Shown: positions 49,321 to 61,799 of the stretch, in pieces | Position numbering within the stretch: the first letter of the stretch is position 1 | How the letters are laid out: each line of letters starts with the position of its first letter | NCBI GenBank assembly: GCA_963664115.2 | Contig: CAXWPJ010000009.1 | Coordinates: forward strand, 864,001-928,000 | Length of the DNA stretch: 64,000 bases | Direction of reading: 5' to 3' | Source: Terriglobia bacterium | Lineage (GTDB): Bacteria > Acidobacteriota > Terriglobia > 20CM-2-55-15 | Program-made: the position numbers and the translations under genes | Notes under the pieces: model-generated | Database searches by the model: none | The model's input: only the letters and a program-made list of their open reading frames with translations | Told to the model about the DNA's origin: nothing

Positions 49321-51509
49321 ATGATTGAAGATAGATTCGAAAGCCGCCGCCGATTTCTCGCTGGTTGTGCGGTTGCCACCGGGGCCACTGCCCTTGGAGC
49401 GAACATCCCGACCGCGGCGGCACAGGAATCCGGATACGTTATCGATACTCCTAAAGTGGTATCGATGGAGGTCGCTGGGACTCGTGATCGATTCCCTGTT
49501 AGACGAGTTTTCTGTCTTGGCCGCAACTACCGGGCCCACGCGATCGAATCCGGGGACAATCCGGATGAAAACCCTCCCTTCTTCTTTATTAAACCTAGGG
49601 ACGCGGTTGTAGAGAGCCGGAGTTATAACCGAATCTGGTGTTTGAGGGATTGAATAAGAGCGGCGTATCTGGTTGATTTGTTGTGACAAAACTTCAAAGC
49701 AACCATAGGAGATACGCCACTGTGAGCAAGAGTAACGTGAATGGACCGGAAGGTCGAGAAACGATTGAGGATCCAGTAACAGAACTACTACGAGTTGGGG
49801 CACAGCAACTGATCCAACGCGCAGTGGAAGCCGAATTGGCAGAGCTGCTATCCCAGCACGGTGGCCGGCGAACTGAGACAGGAAACGCCGGGGTGGTACG
49901 CAACGGTTATCTGCCGGAACGCGAACTGCAGACGGGATTGGGTCCGGTAACAGTCCAAATCCCGAAGGTCCGTGCCAAGACGGGCGAAGCTGTGACGTTC
50001 CGATCGGCCCTGGTACCACCGTACATTCGGAAGACGAAGTCGCTGGAAGCAGCGGTGCCGTGGTTGTATTTGAAAGGCGTTTCCAGCGGCGAGATGGGTG
50101 AGGCCCTAAAAGTTCTTGTCGGTCCCCAGGCGCAGGGTCTGTCGGCGAGCACGGTATCGCGGTTGAAACAGGTTTGGGGCGAACAGTACCGCCTCGGATG
50201 CGAGGAGCGTTTGGATGCAGATCGCTGGGTCTATGTCTGGGCCGACGGCATCTACAGCGGACTTCGGGCGGAACAAACCAAGTTGTGTGCATTGGTCGTG
50301 ATCGGCGTGAATGAACGCGGAGAGAAGCGTTTCCTGGCGATCGAAGACGGTGTACGGGAATCGACACAGAGTTGGCGCGAGGTCTTGTTGAAGCTGAAGT
50401 CCCGTGGGATGAATGTTCCGAAGTTGGCCATCGGTGACGGTGCGATGGGGTTCTGGGCCGCACTGGAGGAAATCTATCCCGAGACACGTCAACAACGTTG
50501 CTGGATGCACAAAGTCATGAACGTCCTCAACTGCCTGCCCAAGTCGGTCCAGGCGAAGGCGAAACAGGCCCTGCACTCGATCTGGCAGGCCGAGACGAAG
50601 GCAGACGCCGAGAAGGCATTCGACTTGTTCATTGAAACCTATGAACCGAAGTATCCGAAAGCCACACTCTGCCTGCAGAAAGACAGAGAGGAACTGCTGG
50701 CCTTTTACGACTTTCCGGCCAAGCACTGGCAGAGCATCAGAACGACGAATCCCATTGAGTCGACCTTTGCCACCATTCGACACCGAACGAAGCGATCCAG
50801 AGGTTGCCTGACACGGGATGGCATGCTGCACATGATGTTCAAACTGGGCCAGTGCGCTGAGAACAATTGGCGACGATTACGAGGATTCGATGATCTGAGC
50901 AAGGTAATCATCGGAGTGAAATTCAACGATGGTGTCGAAGCGACACAAGTCGATCAGGCCGCCGCTTGAATCAATCTCCTAAACACCACTTTTGACAATA
51001 ACTCAGAGAGCCGCCAAGGTCATCCCTACCCACAAATGACTCGGGAGCTACGCTACGAGGGTGAGATGGTCGTCGCGTTAAAGAGTGGAGGCGCCAACAT
51101 CAGCGAAGCCGATGCACTCGACCATGTCTATGCGTACGGCGTCGGCCTGGACATGACTCGCGAAGATCTGCAGCACATCGCCCAAGACCTATCTCGTCCC
51201 TGGGCGATCAGTAAGTCATTCGACAACTCTGCGCCATGCGGGCCGCTCTACACGGTCGAAGTGAACGGCCACGCAGTGACCGGACGCATCTGGCTGAGCG
51301 TAAACGATGAAATAAAACAGGACTCGGACATTTCGATGCAGATATGGTCGGTCTCCGAAGGGATCTCCATCCTTTCACGGCACTACGAACTTGCGGCCGG
51401 CGACATCATCATGACCGGAACACCCGAGGGGGTCGGACTCGTAGAAAGGCGTGATGTCATCAAATGCGGCATTGAGGGCGTTGGCGAAATCGAGGTCCGG
51501 GTCACGTAA
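49321..51509 (+). pseudogene. Tat-signal fumarylacetoacetate hydrolase family protein split by IS256
   Basis: SRRRFL signal, [15 protein letters not shown]; rejoins in frame as VVESRQGHPYPQMTRELRYEGE...GDIIMTGTPEGVG. Confidence 0.87.
49620..51004 (+). mobile_element. IS256-family copy 2, 9-bp TSD agagagccg
   Basis: Transposase 49683-50969 (RNGY, WADG, QRCWMHK, RTTNPIES); TSD at 49611-49619 and 51005-51013. Confidence 0.94.
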
Positions 51510-51599
51510 AACTCTCTGCGGTAGACGAGCAGCCTAGGGCGCTCGACCTGAAAAGGGGCGCGCTCGGCCCTCGAACTTGAGGCGGCGTATTCTGTCGCG

Positions 51600-51827
51600 C
51601 TAATTAGTCATGATCGCTGTGATCGTCGTGCGGCCGGCGACCTCCTCGTAAGGCTCGAGCGCCTGCTCGAGCGGAACGACAGTGGTCGCGAGCGTCTGCA
51701 AGTCGAACTGCCCCTTCTCGAGCGACTCCACGAAACGCGATGTATCGCGCAGCGGACTGCAGCCACCGGCTCGCCCGCCGTGGTGCGTCACGCCTCCGGT
51801 TGAGAACAGGTTACCGGGCAGCACCAT
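51600..51827 (-). pseudogene. C-terminal fragment of a Zn-dependent alcohol dehydrogenase-like gene
   Basis: GG..PLRD..RFV..LEKGQFD...LAT..VPLEQ; no N-terminal domain. Confidence 0.45.
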
Positions 51828-51939
51828 TCGGACAGTGAGCGGATAAGCGGTTCAAGCATGGGCCGACGACCATGGCAGCGCTGACAGTGCCGTCGTATGG
51901 GTGTCATGTCAACCCTCGGGCGGCCGCAGGCCTTCACGC

Positions 51940-52111
51940 GATATCGTCCTCAACTGGTTCGAGGAACTGAAGGAACGGGCCCCGGTCCCTTAGTACATCC
52001 CTGACCGTCCATGTGACTGATTAATTGACCTGAAATCCGACCTGTAGTCTGATTTATCCGATGCAACCCGGCACGAAACTCGGCCACTATACCGTGTTGT
52101 CACTTATTGGT
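51940..52111 (+). repeat. Kinase-end junction J4
   Basis: DIVLNWFEELKERAPVP* (stop 51993), acctgtagtctgattt, MQPGTKLGHYTVLSLIG (52061). Confidence 0.88.
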
Positions 52112-52220
52112 TTTGCAGTCCGCGCGGCCCTCCTCCTCGCGCGCGCCCGACTCGCCCGCTGACTGAGAGAGGTGCCTCGCCGAAGACACCTAAGAAACAT
52201 CCGATTCTCTTCAGTCTCCG

Positions 52221-53149
52221 CTACTGCGGCGCCCTGATCGGCATGCCGCCGGGTTCGGTAGGCTCTCGGTACCGGTACAGGTAGTCATACATGGTGGTGA
52301 CGTTCGGCTCGTGATTCTGCTCGAGGTTCGTGTAGTCCGCGAAGTCGTCCATCGTCACGAGTCCGAGAATCTCCTCCAACGAGCGCCCAGCCACCATATG
52401 GGTCAACACGCGTTCTCTAAGGTTCGCGAGGTACTCCCGGTAGCGGCGGAAGTAGGCCTGGGTCGCAACAGGCGAGTTATGACCCGGCACGACGATGTCC
52501 ACGTCGTCCATCCGAGCGAGTATTCCCAACACCTCGATGGTGCTGTCCACGTCCATATCACGAAAGTCGGATTGGGCAGTTGCCCCTCTGGACGCGCTAG
52601 ATCCGGAACGAACAACACACCATCCTGGGGTATGTGGGTGACGATTAGGTTGTCGCTGTGGGTCGGGCCGAAGTAGTGCAGCACGACCTTCACGCCGCCC
52701 AGGTCGATGTCCAGTGACTCCTCGAACGTGACCGTTGGAACCGGCGCTACGCGTCCCTCCCGAATCAGGTGCGCCCTGATCTTCTTGTGGCCGATGGACA
52801 CGGCCGTGTCTGCGAACACCGTCGTACCGCAGATGTGGGTCTGGTGGTCATGGCTCAGCACGACGTAGCGCACCGGCACGTCATAGCGTCGCTCGAGCTC
52901 TTCTTTGAACCATTGGGCACTGTCCGGATCGCAAGGCGTAGTACCCGGCCCGTCGATTACGATGATGCCTTCCGACGTGGGAACGAACAGCCCGTTGATG
53001 GTAGTACCCCGATTCCCCCAACGGTACACGTGCCGCGAAATCTGGTTGATACTGGGCTCGGAGGTGTCCCAGCTGGTGGCGTACTGCGCGAACGATGGTT
53101 GACTGAGAAAGAATAGTCCTACGAGACTCAGTGGCTTGATGATATTCAT
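52221..53149 (-). pseudogene. Secreted MBL-fold metallo-hydrolase, frameshifted near 52560
   Basis: SHDHQTH, GPTHSD and VPD in one frame; VPGH in the next. Confidence 0.8.
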
Positions 53150-53270
53150 TCTGTTTTTCTCCGCAGATTCAAGCACTGGCTATAGCTAGCGTGAACACTA
53201 GCTGTTAACCGGGCGTTAAGCCCGCCTCCCCGATTCGCGAAGATTGGCTTGGCTTCCTCAGCGTGCGCTA

Positions 53271-54421
53271 GTGTACCCCGCTCGAAGTAATGTAATTAAA
53301 ATAGCTTTCCAACGTCCAATAGAGAATGAGGAAAGCACCGACCATTGAATTGGATGACAAGCAGCGGATGGAGTTGGAGCGACTGAGTCGAAGCCGGAGT
53401 ACATCGGTCCGGTTGGCGGAACGATCCCGAATTGTATTACTGGCCGCTGAAGGTCGGAACAATTATGAGATCGCCGCCCGCTTGGAGATCACGCGCCAGA
53501 AAGCGGGCCGCTGGCGCAATCGTTTTGTGGAACAGGGCTTGGCTGGGATCGAAAAGGATGCGCCGCGAAGCGGACGGATTCCCACGATCAGTCGCCGGAA
53601 GCGAGCCCGGATCGTCAAGAAGACACTGGAAGAGAAGCCCCCGAACGCGACGCACTGGAGTCGGGCCTCGATGGCGAAGGCCGTTGGCGTGAGCGAGTCC
53701 ACGGTCGGGAAAATCTGGCGGGTCCATGGACTGAAGCCTCATCTGTCACGAACCTTCAAACTATCCAACGACAAACGATTCGCCGAAAAGCTGGAGGATG
53801 TGGTCGGTCTGTATCTGAGCCCACCGGAAAACGCCATTGTCTTGTCCTGCGATGAGAAGAGCCAGATGCAGGCCCTGGACCGCACGCAACCCGGGTTACC
53901 TCTGAAGAAGGGGCGGTGTGGCACCATGACCCACGATTACAAACGTAACGGGACAACCACGCTTTTCGCCGCGCTCAACATCCTGGACGGTTCGGTCATC
54001 GGAACCTGCATGCCAAAGCATCGCCATCAGGAATGGATCCGGTTTCTGAATCAGATCAAACGCGCCATGCCGAAAGATAAGGAGATCCACATTATTTGCG
54101 ACAACTATGCGACTCACAAACATCAGAAAGTCGTCAACTGGCTCAAGCGTAACAAGCGTTTTCATGTGCACTTCACGCCAACCAGTGCGTCGTGGCTCAA
54201 CATGGTCGAGCGCTTTTTCCGGGATCTGTCCGAGCAACGACTCCGGCGTGGCGTTTTCCGCTCGGTCCCCGAGTTGATCCAGGCCGTGGAGGACTACCTC
54301 GCTCGTCACAATGAAGACCCGAAACCCTTCATCTGGACTGCAACGGCTTCCGACATCCTTGCTAAAGTCCAGCGCGGCCGGCGAAATCTTGATAAGTTAC
54401 AGTCTGTTTAACGGGGACCAC
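53271..54421 (+). mobile_element. IS630-family copy B (1151 bp, intact transposase 53326-54411)
   Basis: [24 protein letters not shown]; TA duplication within CTAG. Confidence 0.94.
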
Positions 54422-54423
54422 TA

Positions 54424-55310
54424 GGACCGCCCAAAATGCAACCATTCTTAAGGGGCCACTGGGCGGTCTGGGCGTCATCTCCCCTGACGGTGGACGAATG
54501 GCCGTCGAGACCGGCGGCGGGGAAGACGACGTATGGATCTTTGATTTCGCTCGCGAGATCCTGAGTCGGCTCACGTTTGATCCGTTAGACGACGGTTATC
54601 CAGTCTGGAGCGCAGACGGTGAACGGATCGCGTTTACCTCGGGAAGAGAAATTGTCTGGAAGGCGTCGAACAATACGGGCAGCGTTGAGCAGCTCGCCGA
54701 GAATCTAGGCGAAGGCACCCAACTTCCGAATCCTTATTTCTTTTCGGGAAACGGTACAGAGTTGGTCTTCCGGGAACAAGCGAGTCCAAACAACGCGGAC
54801 AACATCGGCATGATATCTATTGACGAAGACCGCGAGGCGGAATGGCTGTTGAGGAGCGAGTTCAACGAAAGGAATGCCGAATTGTCACCGGATGGGCGTT
54901 GGATGGCGTATCAATCGAATGAATCGGGTCAAAATGAGGTCTATGTGCGACCATTCCCCGATGTGGGGGCTGGTCGGGTGCCGATCTCCAACGCTGGGGG
55001 ACGCTGCCCTCTATGGTCTCGCAGTGGAGAGGAACTCTTCTATTTAGAACCCGGCACCATACCACGACTGATTTCAGTACGAGTGGAGACAGAGCCGAGC
55101 TTTAGCTTCAGTAACCGCCAGGCGCTCTTCGACTGGACCTACTTTGGTGGGGGCGGGCCTATTTCGGGCCGCGTTTACGATGTCGACCTCGATGGCCAGC
55201 GGTTCCTTGCGATCAAGGACATTGGCAATGACATCGATGTTGTTGTTCCTCAAATCAACGTCGGCCTGAACTGGTTTCAAGAGCTGCGCGAGCGCGTGCC
55301 GGCTCCGTAG
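54424..55310 (+). pseudogene. 3' remnant of a Ser/Thr kinase-TolB/PD40 propeller gene (junction J5 continues to 55346)
   Basis: SPDG/WSADG propeller repeats, LSPDGRWMAYQSNESGQNEVYVRPFP, ends INVGLNWFQELRERVPAP*; 5' end cut at IS630. Confidence 0.85.
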
Positions 55311-55346
55311 CAGACCGTGAAAATGATTCTCAAGTCCTGAGAAATC

Positions 55347-55490
55347 CTGCCGGATCAACCGGTCGATGTAACACAAGCTTTAGATCGTTCAGCCGGAGTT
55401 TGAAACCCCAGCGTCTGACGGGGCCGTCTATCGAGCTTGCTCGCAATGAAATCCAGATGCTCCTGTGAATGAACGGATAAATCAGTTCGT
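55347..55490 (-). pseudogene. IS30-family transposase 3' remnant
   Basis: TDLSVHSQEHLDFIASKLDRRPRQTLGFQTPAERSKACVTSTG*. Confidence 0.75.
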
Positions 55491-55703
55491 TTCTTTACGG
55501 ACGAATGGAAGGGCAAGCAGAACGCGATCATGCTGACGGACGACTTGTTCCGCTCTTCGGAGCAGTACCAAGCCACGAATCTACCCACTGAGATCGAGGC
55601 GCGGTGGCACCTTGTGGAGACTTCATGGAAACTCTGCCTGCCTCGCCAGGTCCTGACCGTTAGTCCCGATCCGGAGCCTCGGAATGGACGCACGCTCTCC
55701 CTA

Positions 55704-56854
55704 GTGTACCCCGCTCGAAGTAATGTAACTAAAATAGCTTTCCAACGTCCAATAGAGAATGAGGAAAGCACCGACCATTGAATTGGATGACAAGCAGCGG
55801 ATGGAGTTGGAGCGACTGAGTCGAAGCCGGAGTACATCGGTCCGGTTGGCGGAACGATCCCGAATTGTATTACTGGCCGCTGAAGGTCGGAACAATTATG
55901 AGATCGCCGCCCGCTTGGAGATCACGCGCCAGAAAGCGGGCCGCTGGCGCAATCGTTTTGTGGAACAGGGCTTGGCTGGGATCGAAAAGGATGCGCCGCG
56001 AAGCGGACGGATTCCCACGATCAGTCGCCGGAAGCGAGCCCGGATCGTCAAGAAGACACTGGAAGAGAAGCCCCCGAACGCGACGCACTGGAGTCGGGCC
56101 TCGATGGCGAAGGCCGTTGGCGTGAGCGAGTCCACGGTCGGGAAAATCTGGCGGGTCCATGGACTGAAGCCTCATCTGTCACGAACCTTCAAACTATCCA
56201 ACGACAAACGATTCGCCGAAAAGCTGGAGGATGTGGTCGGTCTGTATCTGAGCCCACCGGAAAACGCCATTGTCTTGTCCTGCGATGAGAAGAGCCAGAT
56301 GCAGGCCCTGGACCGCACGCAACCCGGGTTACCTCTGAAGAAGGGGCGGTGTGGCACCATGACCCACGATTACAAACGTAACGGGACAACCACGCTTTTC
56401 GCCGCGCTCAACATCCTGGACGGTTCGGTCATCGGAACCTGCATGCCAAAGCATCGCCATCAGGAATGGATCCGGTTTCTGAATCAGATCAAACGCGCCA
56501 TGCCGAAAGATAAGGAGATCCACATTATTTGCGACAACTATGCGACTCACAAACATCAGAAAGTCGTCAACTGGCTCAAGCGTAACAAGCGTTTTCATGT
56601 GCACTTCACGCCAACCAGTGCGTCGTGGCTCAACATGGTCGAGCGCTTTTTCCGGGATCTGTCCGAGCAACGACTCCGGCGTGGCGTTTTCCGCTCGGTC
56701 CCCGAGTTGATCCAGGCCGTGGAGGACTACCTCGCTCGTCACAATGAAGACCCGAAACCCTTCATCTGGACTGCAACGGCTTCCGACATCCTTGCTAAAG
56801 TCCAGCGCGGCCGGCGAAATCTTGATAAGTTACAGTCTGTTTAACGGGGACCAC
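55704..56854 (+). mobile_element. IS630-family copy C (intact transposase 55759-56844)
   Basis: Identical protein to copy B; CTAG flanks. Confidence 0.94.
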
Positions 56855-56980
56855 TAGCTTCATCACCCCCGGGGCCTCAAAATTCGCCTAAACGCCCCGC
56901 ATGCGGCTCCTACGCGTGATGTATACTCAGGATTCCAATCCCTGAATTAATAACAAGAGGAACAACATCTGAAGGGCGTC

Positions 56981-59398
56981 GTGAAATTTCTTCGACTTGC
57001 GTTGATCTGTATCTTCTTAACACCGTCTGCTTTCGGACAGCTTACCGCCCGCAATCCGGTCGACGAACTGAAGGACCATCTGGCCCTGGCCCTAGAGGAA
57101 GCACAGAGCCCTCTCACATCCGATCAAGAGCAACAGTTGGCACTACTCATTGAAGAGCAACGTCAAGCTGCGGAGAACCTGTTCGGCGTGACGTGGGATT
57201 TCAGTCAGGGGCCACCTCAGGGTGAGCAGAGGGACCAGGCCCTGGCCGGCATTCGCTGGATGTATGACGAGTTGAAGAATGGGCTTCCCGTTTACCTGAC
57301 CGAGGTGCAGAGAGTCGCATGGGAGAGTTACCAGAGTGATCAAGACGTGGAATTTTATATAGAAGAGGGTTCTGCGGGCGACGGTACCCAGAGCGGAAGA
57401 ATTCAACAGATTCGCGTGACAAACAACCCGTTCAATGTCGAAACCGGCCAGGCGAGTGGAGCGGGCCTGCGTGAAATGGGTACGAAAACAGAAGTGATCG
57501 AACGCGGCGGTGTTGGAGCCTTCCACGGCAGTCTTGCATCGACATTTCAAGACGAGTCGCTGAATGCCCGTAATCCTTTCGCCCGCAATAAGCCGCCCTA
57601 CTATGAACGGACTATCGACGGAAATATCAGCGGCCCCATCATTGGAGACCGCCTCTCTCTGAACTTCACGTTCAGCGACAATAAACAGGAGAACGTCGGC
57701 ACTGTTAAGGCGGAAACACCGACTGGACCGTTTTCTCTGGGCGTGACCCGGCCCGTGGTGAACCGGTCTTACGAAACCCGGGGCATACTCCGGATCGCCG
57801 ACGCTCACGCGTTACACATGCGTTTCCAATACGCCACCGAAGATCGTAAGAATGAAAACGTCGGTGATTTCGCATTGCCCGAACGCGCCTCGCGTACACA
57901 AACGCAGGACTACATGGTCGATCTCCGTGAAATCTGGACCCTGTCCGAGCGAACCGTCCATGACATCCGGTTTATATGGCGACAAGATCATAGCGAGACC
58001 AATCCCTTCAGTAATGCTCAAGCGATCATTGTCAAGGACGCGTTCACCGGAGGCGGGGCGCAGAATGAGCGCCGGGTGGATGGAAATGATTACGAATTGT
58101 CCAATCTGATTTACTTTGCCGGGGAAAAGGTGACCGTGCGGAGCGGATTTCAGATGTTGCACCGGAGCGAACGCTCAATCTCGGAAGACAACTTCTACGG
58201 CGAATTCACGTTTTCCGACCTTGCCAGTTACCGCGCCGGCACACCGCTGCATTATAGGGTTACGTGTTGCGATCCCTTGTTCGAATTGAGCCGCACACAG
58301 TTCAGCCTTTTTTCTCAGAACGATTTCAGACTGGCAAACACATTCACTCTGATGCTGGGTGTACGCTATCAGGGACAAACCAACATCAGCGATCGGGGTA
58401 ATGTGGATCCACGGATCGGCTTTGCATACGCGCTCGGGAATGAGACTGTCATCCGAGGCGGCTTCGGTGTGTTTTCCCAGTGGGTAAATTTCAATACGAT
58501 TGCGCATAGCCGTCTCGATGGGCAGCGGGTATACGAAATCCGGATCGACAATCCAGGGTGGCCGGACCCTTTCGCATCGGGCAGCATCCGGCCTCGATCC
58601 CGTCGTCAGATTGCCCCTGATATGGAAATGGCGTATTTCCCAACAGGACAAATAGGCGTGGAACGTAGTTTTTCCAACAATCTTTTTGTGACCCTGTCTT
58701 ACGAGTACCTTCGAGCTTTCAAGCCAGTCCGACGACGGGACATCAATGCGCCGTTACCAGAAACGGGCATCAGGCCTAATCCCAATGAAGGCCAGGTTCT
58801 TCAATTCCAGAGCAGTGGCCGGTCAAGGTATCATCGTTTGAGGGCCTCAATGAGGCAGCGGTTCGGCATCTTCGTAGTCAATGCAGACTACAATTACGTA
58901 TTCGGGATCGGTGATCAGGCAGATCGGAGGGGCTTCAGCGTGTACTCGCCTGTCGACAGTTATGACCTTAATAAGGATTGGGGTAATACAGCAAATCCGC
59001 GCCACGTCTTCAGTGCAGGCGCTAATGCCAGGTTGCCATTGGATGTCTACTTGACGACAGTCATCGAAGCACGGAGCGGTGGTTTTTACACCATCAGGAC
59101 GGGGAAGGACGACAACGGGGATGGAGTGAGCAATGACCGGCCCCCCGGCGTTGTCAAAAATAGCGAGGTCGGACCGAGCTATTTCGACGTCGGCTTCAAC
59201 TTCTCTAAGGCATTTGAGTTGAACTCCGGTACTGGGTTCGCCGGGCCTCAAATGAACGTCTTCGCAAATTTGAACAATGCTTTCAACATGCAACATCCAG
59301 GATTACCCAGCGGGGTCGTGACTTCTCCGTTCTTCATGCGGTCCTTTAATGCGACCTCACCGCGCACAATCGAATTTGGAATGGAATTTCAGTTTTAG
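56981..59398 (+). CDS. Oar-like TonB-dependent receptor / outer-membrane beta-barrel
   Basis: Signal peptide, LNARNPF, PRIGFAY, VIRGGFG, C-terminal FQF. Confidence 0.75.
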   Translation: MKFLRLALICIFLTPSAFGQLTARNPVDELKDHLALALEEAQSPLTSDQEQQLALLIEEQRQAAENLFGVTWDFSQGPPQGEQRDQALAGIRWMYDELKNGLPVYLTEVQRVAWESYQSDQDVEFYIEEGSAGDGTQSGRIQQIRVTNNPFNVETGQASGAGLREMGTKTEVIERGGVGAFHGSLASTFQDESLNARNPFARNKPPYYERTIDGNISGPIIGDRLSLNFTFSDNKQENVGTVKAETPTGPFSLGVTRPVVNRSYETRGILRIADAHALHMRFQYATEDRKNENVGDFALPERASRTQTQDYMVDLREIWTLSERTVHDIRFIWRQDHSETNPFSNAQAIIVKDAFTGGGAQNERRVDGNDYELSNLIYFAGEKVTVRSGFQMLHRSERSISEDNFYGEFTFSDLASYRAGTPLHYRVTCCDPLFELSRTQFSLFSQNDFRLANTFTLMLGVRYQGQTNISDRGNVDPRIGFAYALGNETVIRGGFGVFSQWVNFNTIAHSRLDGQRVYEIRIDNPGWPDPFASGSIRPRSRRQIAPDMEMAYFPTGQIGVERSFSNNLFVTLSYEYLRAFKPVRRRDINAPLPETGIRPNPNEGQVLQFQSSGRSRYHRLRASMRQRFGIFVVNADYNYVFGIGDQADRRGFSVYSPVDSYDLNKDWGNTANPRHVFSAGANARLPLDVYLTTVIEARSGGFYTIRTGKDDNGDGVSNDRPPGVVKNSEVGPSYFDVGFNFSKAFELNSGTGFAGPQMNVFANLNNAFNMQHPGLPSGVVTSPFFMRSFNATSPRTIEFGMEFQF

Positions 59399-59628
59399 AG
59401 TTCACCCTGGTCTGTTGCGTAATTTGCTGGATGCTACGGTAGACCGCAAGGAACATATCGTCGCCGGCGATGCGGTTTGCCGATACAGAATCCAATTAGC
59501 GAGCCGTTCTTAAGCAATTCCGTTCTTCAAAGAAATACGACCGCGGGAAGGCTGACAACCCTCGCGCCTTATTCTCACTTAAATGATGGCGGCCAGAGCG
59601 CAAGCACGAGGTGATTTATGGGTAATTC

Positions 59629-61263
59629 ATGGGCGAGACGCATTCGATGAGTACGGCGAAATTTCATAAGTTGGATGGCTTGACCTTCGACAACCGTTTC
59701 ACCCGCGAACTGCCTGCCGATCCGGACACTACCAACGCGCGACGTCAGGTCTATGGGGCCTGTTATTCTCGCGTTCGGCCCACTCCGGTTGCCAAACCTC
59801 GGTTGGTCGCCTATGCCCGGGAGGTTGCCGATGAACTGGATCTCACGCATGAGGATTGTGTGTCGCCGGAGTTTAGAGAAGTGTTTGCGGGCAATCGATT
59901 ACTCGAGGGCATGGATCCGTACGCCACCTGTTACGGCGGTCACCAGTTTGGACAATGGGCAGGCCAGCTTGGAGACGGACGTGCAATCAACCTCGGAGAA
60001 ACGGTCAGCAGCCGGGGGCAGCGGAGAACGTTACAGCTCAAGGGTGCCGGCCCCACGCCATATTCACGTACGGCTGACGGGCTGGCCGTTCTGCGCTCGT
60101 CGGTGCGGGAATTCCTGTGTAGCGAGGCGATGCATCACCTCGGAGTTCCGACTACTCGGGCTCTCAGCCTTGTGACCACTGGCGAGACGGTGATCCGTGA
60201 CATGTTCTACGATGGCCGCCCCAGAGACGAGCCCGGAGCCGTCGTGTGTCGCGTCGCGCCGTCGTTTACCCGTTTCGGCAGCTTTCAGATATTTGCCGTT
60301 CGGGAAGACGCCGGCGTGCTCAAGCAACTGGTCGACTATACGATCCGCATGGACTTCCCCCATCTGGGCGAGCCGTCGGCGGCTGTCTATCTGCAGTGGT
60401 TTCGTGACGTCTGTCTGAGAACTGCCGAGATGATCGTCGAATGGATGCGAGTGGGGTTTGTTCACGGCGTCATGAACACCGACAACATGTCGATCCTCGG
60501 CCTCACGATCGACTATGGACCTTACGGTTGGCTGGAGAACTTCGACCCGAACTGGACCCCCAACACGACCGACGCCGGAGGACGTCGGTACAGGTTCGGG
60601 AATCAGCCGGAGATTGCCCATTGGAATCTGGCTCAGTTTGCCGAATCCATCCTGCCATTGGTTGGTGATGTCGAGCCGCTACAAGACGCGCTCAACGGAT
60701 ATGTCACCGACTTCCAGACTGGTTGGCAAGCGATGATGGCTGCGAAGTTGGGGTGGCAACGGTTCGAGCCCGACACCGACGCCGAGCTGGTTTCCGAACT
60801 GCTAGCGATCCTTGAACTGGTGGAAACCGACATGACCCTTTTCCACCGTCTGTTGGCGCTGGTCGATGTCCATTCCGCAAAGTCGACCCCCGTTCCCGAC
60901 ACTGCACTAATCGAACCCTTGATGGATGCCTATTATGTCCCCGATCAGTTAACCGCCGACTACCGCGCACGTCTTGGAGCATGGATCCGGTCGTACCAGG
61001 ATCGTGTTCGAAAAGACGCCGTGCTTGACGATGAACGAAAGCGGCGGATGAACACAGTCAATCCCAAGTACGTGTTGCGAAACTACCTTGCCCAATTGGC
61101 CATCGACCGGGCCGAGCAGGGCGACGACTCGATGGTGCATGAACTACTGGAGTTGCTGCGGGATCCGTACAGTGAACAGCCGGATCACGAACGTCTTGCC
61201 GCAAAACGTCCGGAATGGGCACGACACCGCGAGGGTTGCTCAATGCTGTCCTGCAGTTCGTAG
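59629..61263 (+). CDS. selO: Protein adenylyltransferase SelO (YdiU)
   Basis: [46 protein letters not shown]-terminal CSS. Confidence 0.95.
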   Translation: MGETHSMSTAKFHKLDGLTFDNRFTRELPADPDTTNARRQVYGACYSRVRPTPVAKPRLVAYAREVADELDLTHEDCVSPEFREVFAGNRLLEGMDPYATCYGGHQFGQWAGQLGDGRAINLGETVSSRGQRRTLQLKGAGPTPYSRTADGLAVLRSSVREFLCSEAMHHLGVPTTRALSLVTTGETVIRDMFYDGRPRDEPGAVVCRVAPSFTRFGSFQIFAVREDAGVLKQLVDYTIRMDFPHLGEPSAAVYLQWFRDVCLRTAEMIVEWMRVGFVHGVMNTDNMSILGLTIDYGPYGWLENFDPNWTPNTTDAGGRRYRFGNQPEIAHWNLAQFAESILPLVGDVEPLQDALNGYVTDFQTGWQAMMAAKLGWQRFEPDTDAELVSELLAILELVETDMTLFHRLLALVDVHSAKSTPVPDTALIEPLMDAYYVPDQLTADYRARLGAWIRSYQDRVRKDAVLDDERKRRMNTVNPKYVLRNYLAQLAIDRAEQGDDSMVHELLELLRDPYSEQPDHERLAAKRPEWARHREGCSMLSCSS

Positions 61264-61315
61264 TCGTCGACGCCAGTAACTTGCGGTGGCGCACGGCCTC
61301 GACACGCACGGGTTT

Positions 61316-61636
61316 ATGAGTGAACCTAAAACAGCGGTCCGTTTTTCAATTGGCGATGTCATTCAACACGAACTATTCGACTACCGGGGTGTCGTTGTCG
61401 GCGTTGATCCGCAGTTTGCAGGAACCGACGAGTGGTACGCAACCGTGGCACGTTCCAGACCGCCGAAGGATCGCCCTTGGTATCACGTATTGCCCCACGG
61501 GGCCGCACATCAGACTTATGTGGCCGACCGCAATCTCCACTCAGATCACTCTGGCCGCCCTATTGAGCATCCCTTGGTTGAAGTCTACTTCACTCACTTC
61601 ATTGATGGGCGCTATGTTAGTGGGCGGATGAACTAG
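61316..61636 (+). CDS. hspQ: Heat shock protein HspQ (YccV-like)
   Basis: FSIGDVIQH.LFDYRGVVVGVDP, PWYHVL, TYVA. Confidence 0.87.
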   Translation: MSEPKTAVRFSIGDVIQHELFDYRGVVVGVDPQFAGTDEWYATVARSRPPKDRPWYHVLPHGAAHQTYVADRNLHSDHSGRPIEHPLVEVYFTHFIDGRYVSGRMN

Positions 61637-61741
61637 GCGGAAACAACCGAGTCTGTCGAGTCATACTCTAAAAGCAACAAGATGCAATCGAGGTAGTGGA
61701 CCGAACCGCTATCGAGGCAACGGGTTAAAAAGGGAGCGAAC

Positions 61742-61799
61742 ACAATGGGCACAGACATTCAGGCGGCCCGACAATGGGCACAGACATTCAGGCGGCCCG
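61742..61799 (+). repeat. Perfect 29-bp tandem duplication covering a start codon
   Basis: acaatgggcacagacattcaggcggcccg x2. Confidence 0.93.

Noticed and set aside
36794-50487. Long alternative-frame ORFs (36794-38215, 42137-43447, 44006-44917, 49216-50487)
   Set aside because: Antisense shadows of IS transposases in GC-rich DNA with no recognisable motifs.
55490-55700. ORF 55530-55781 as a gene
   Set aside because: It appears to be an internal fragment, possibly of an HNH-type gene, between an IS30 remnant and IS630, and it reads into the IS end; too short to call.
61240-61263. Selenocysteine in SelO
   Set aside because: The C-terminus is C-S-S followed by TAG, with no in-frame TGA.
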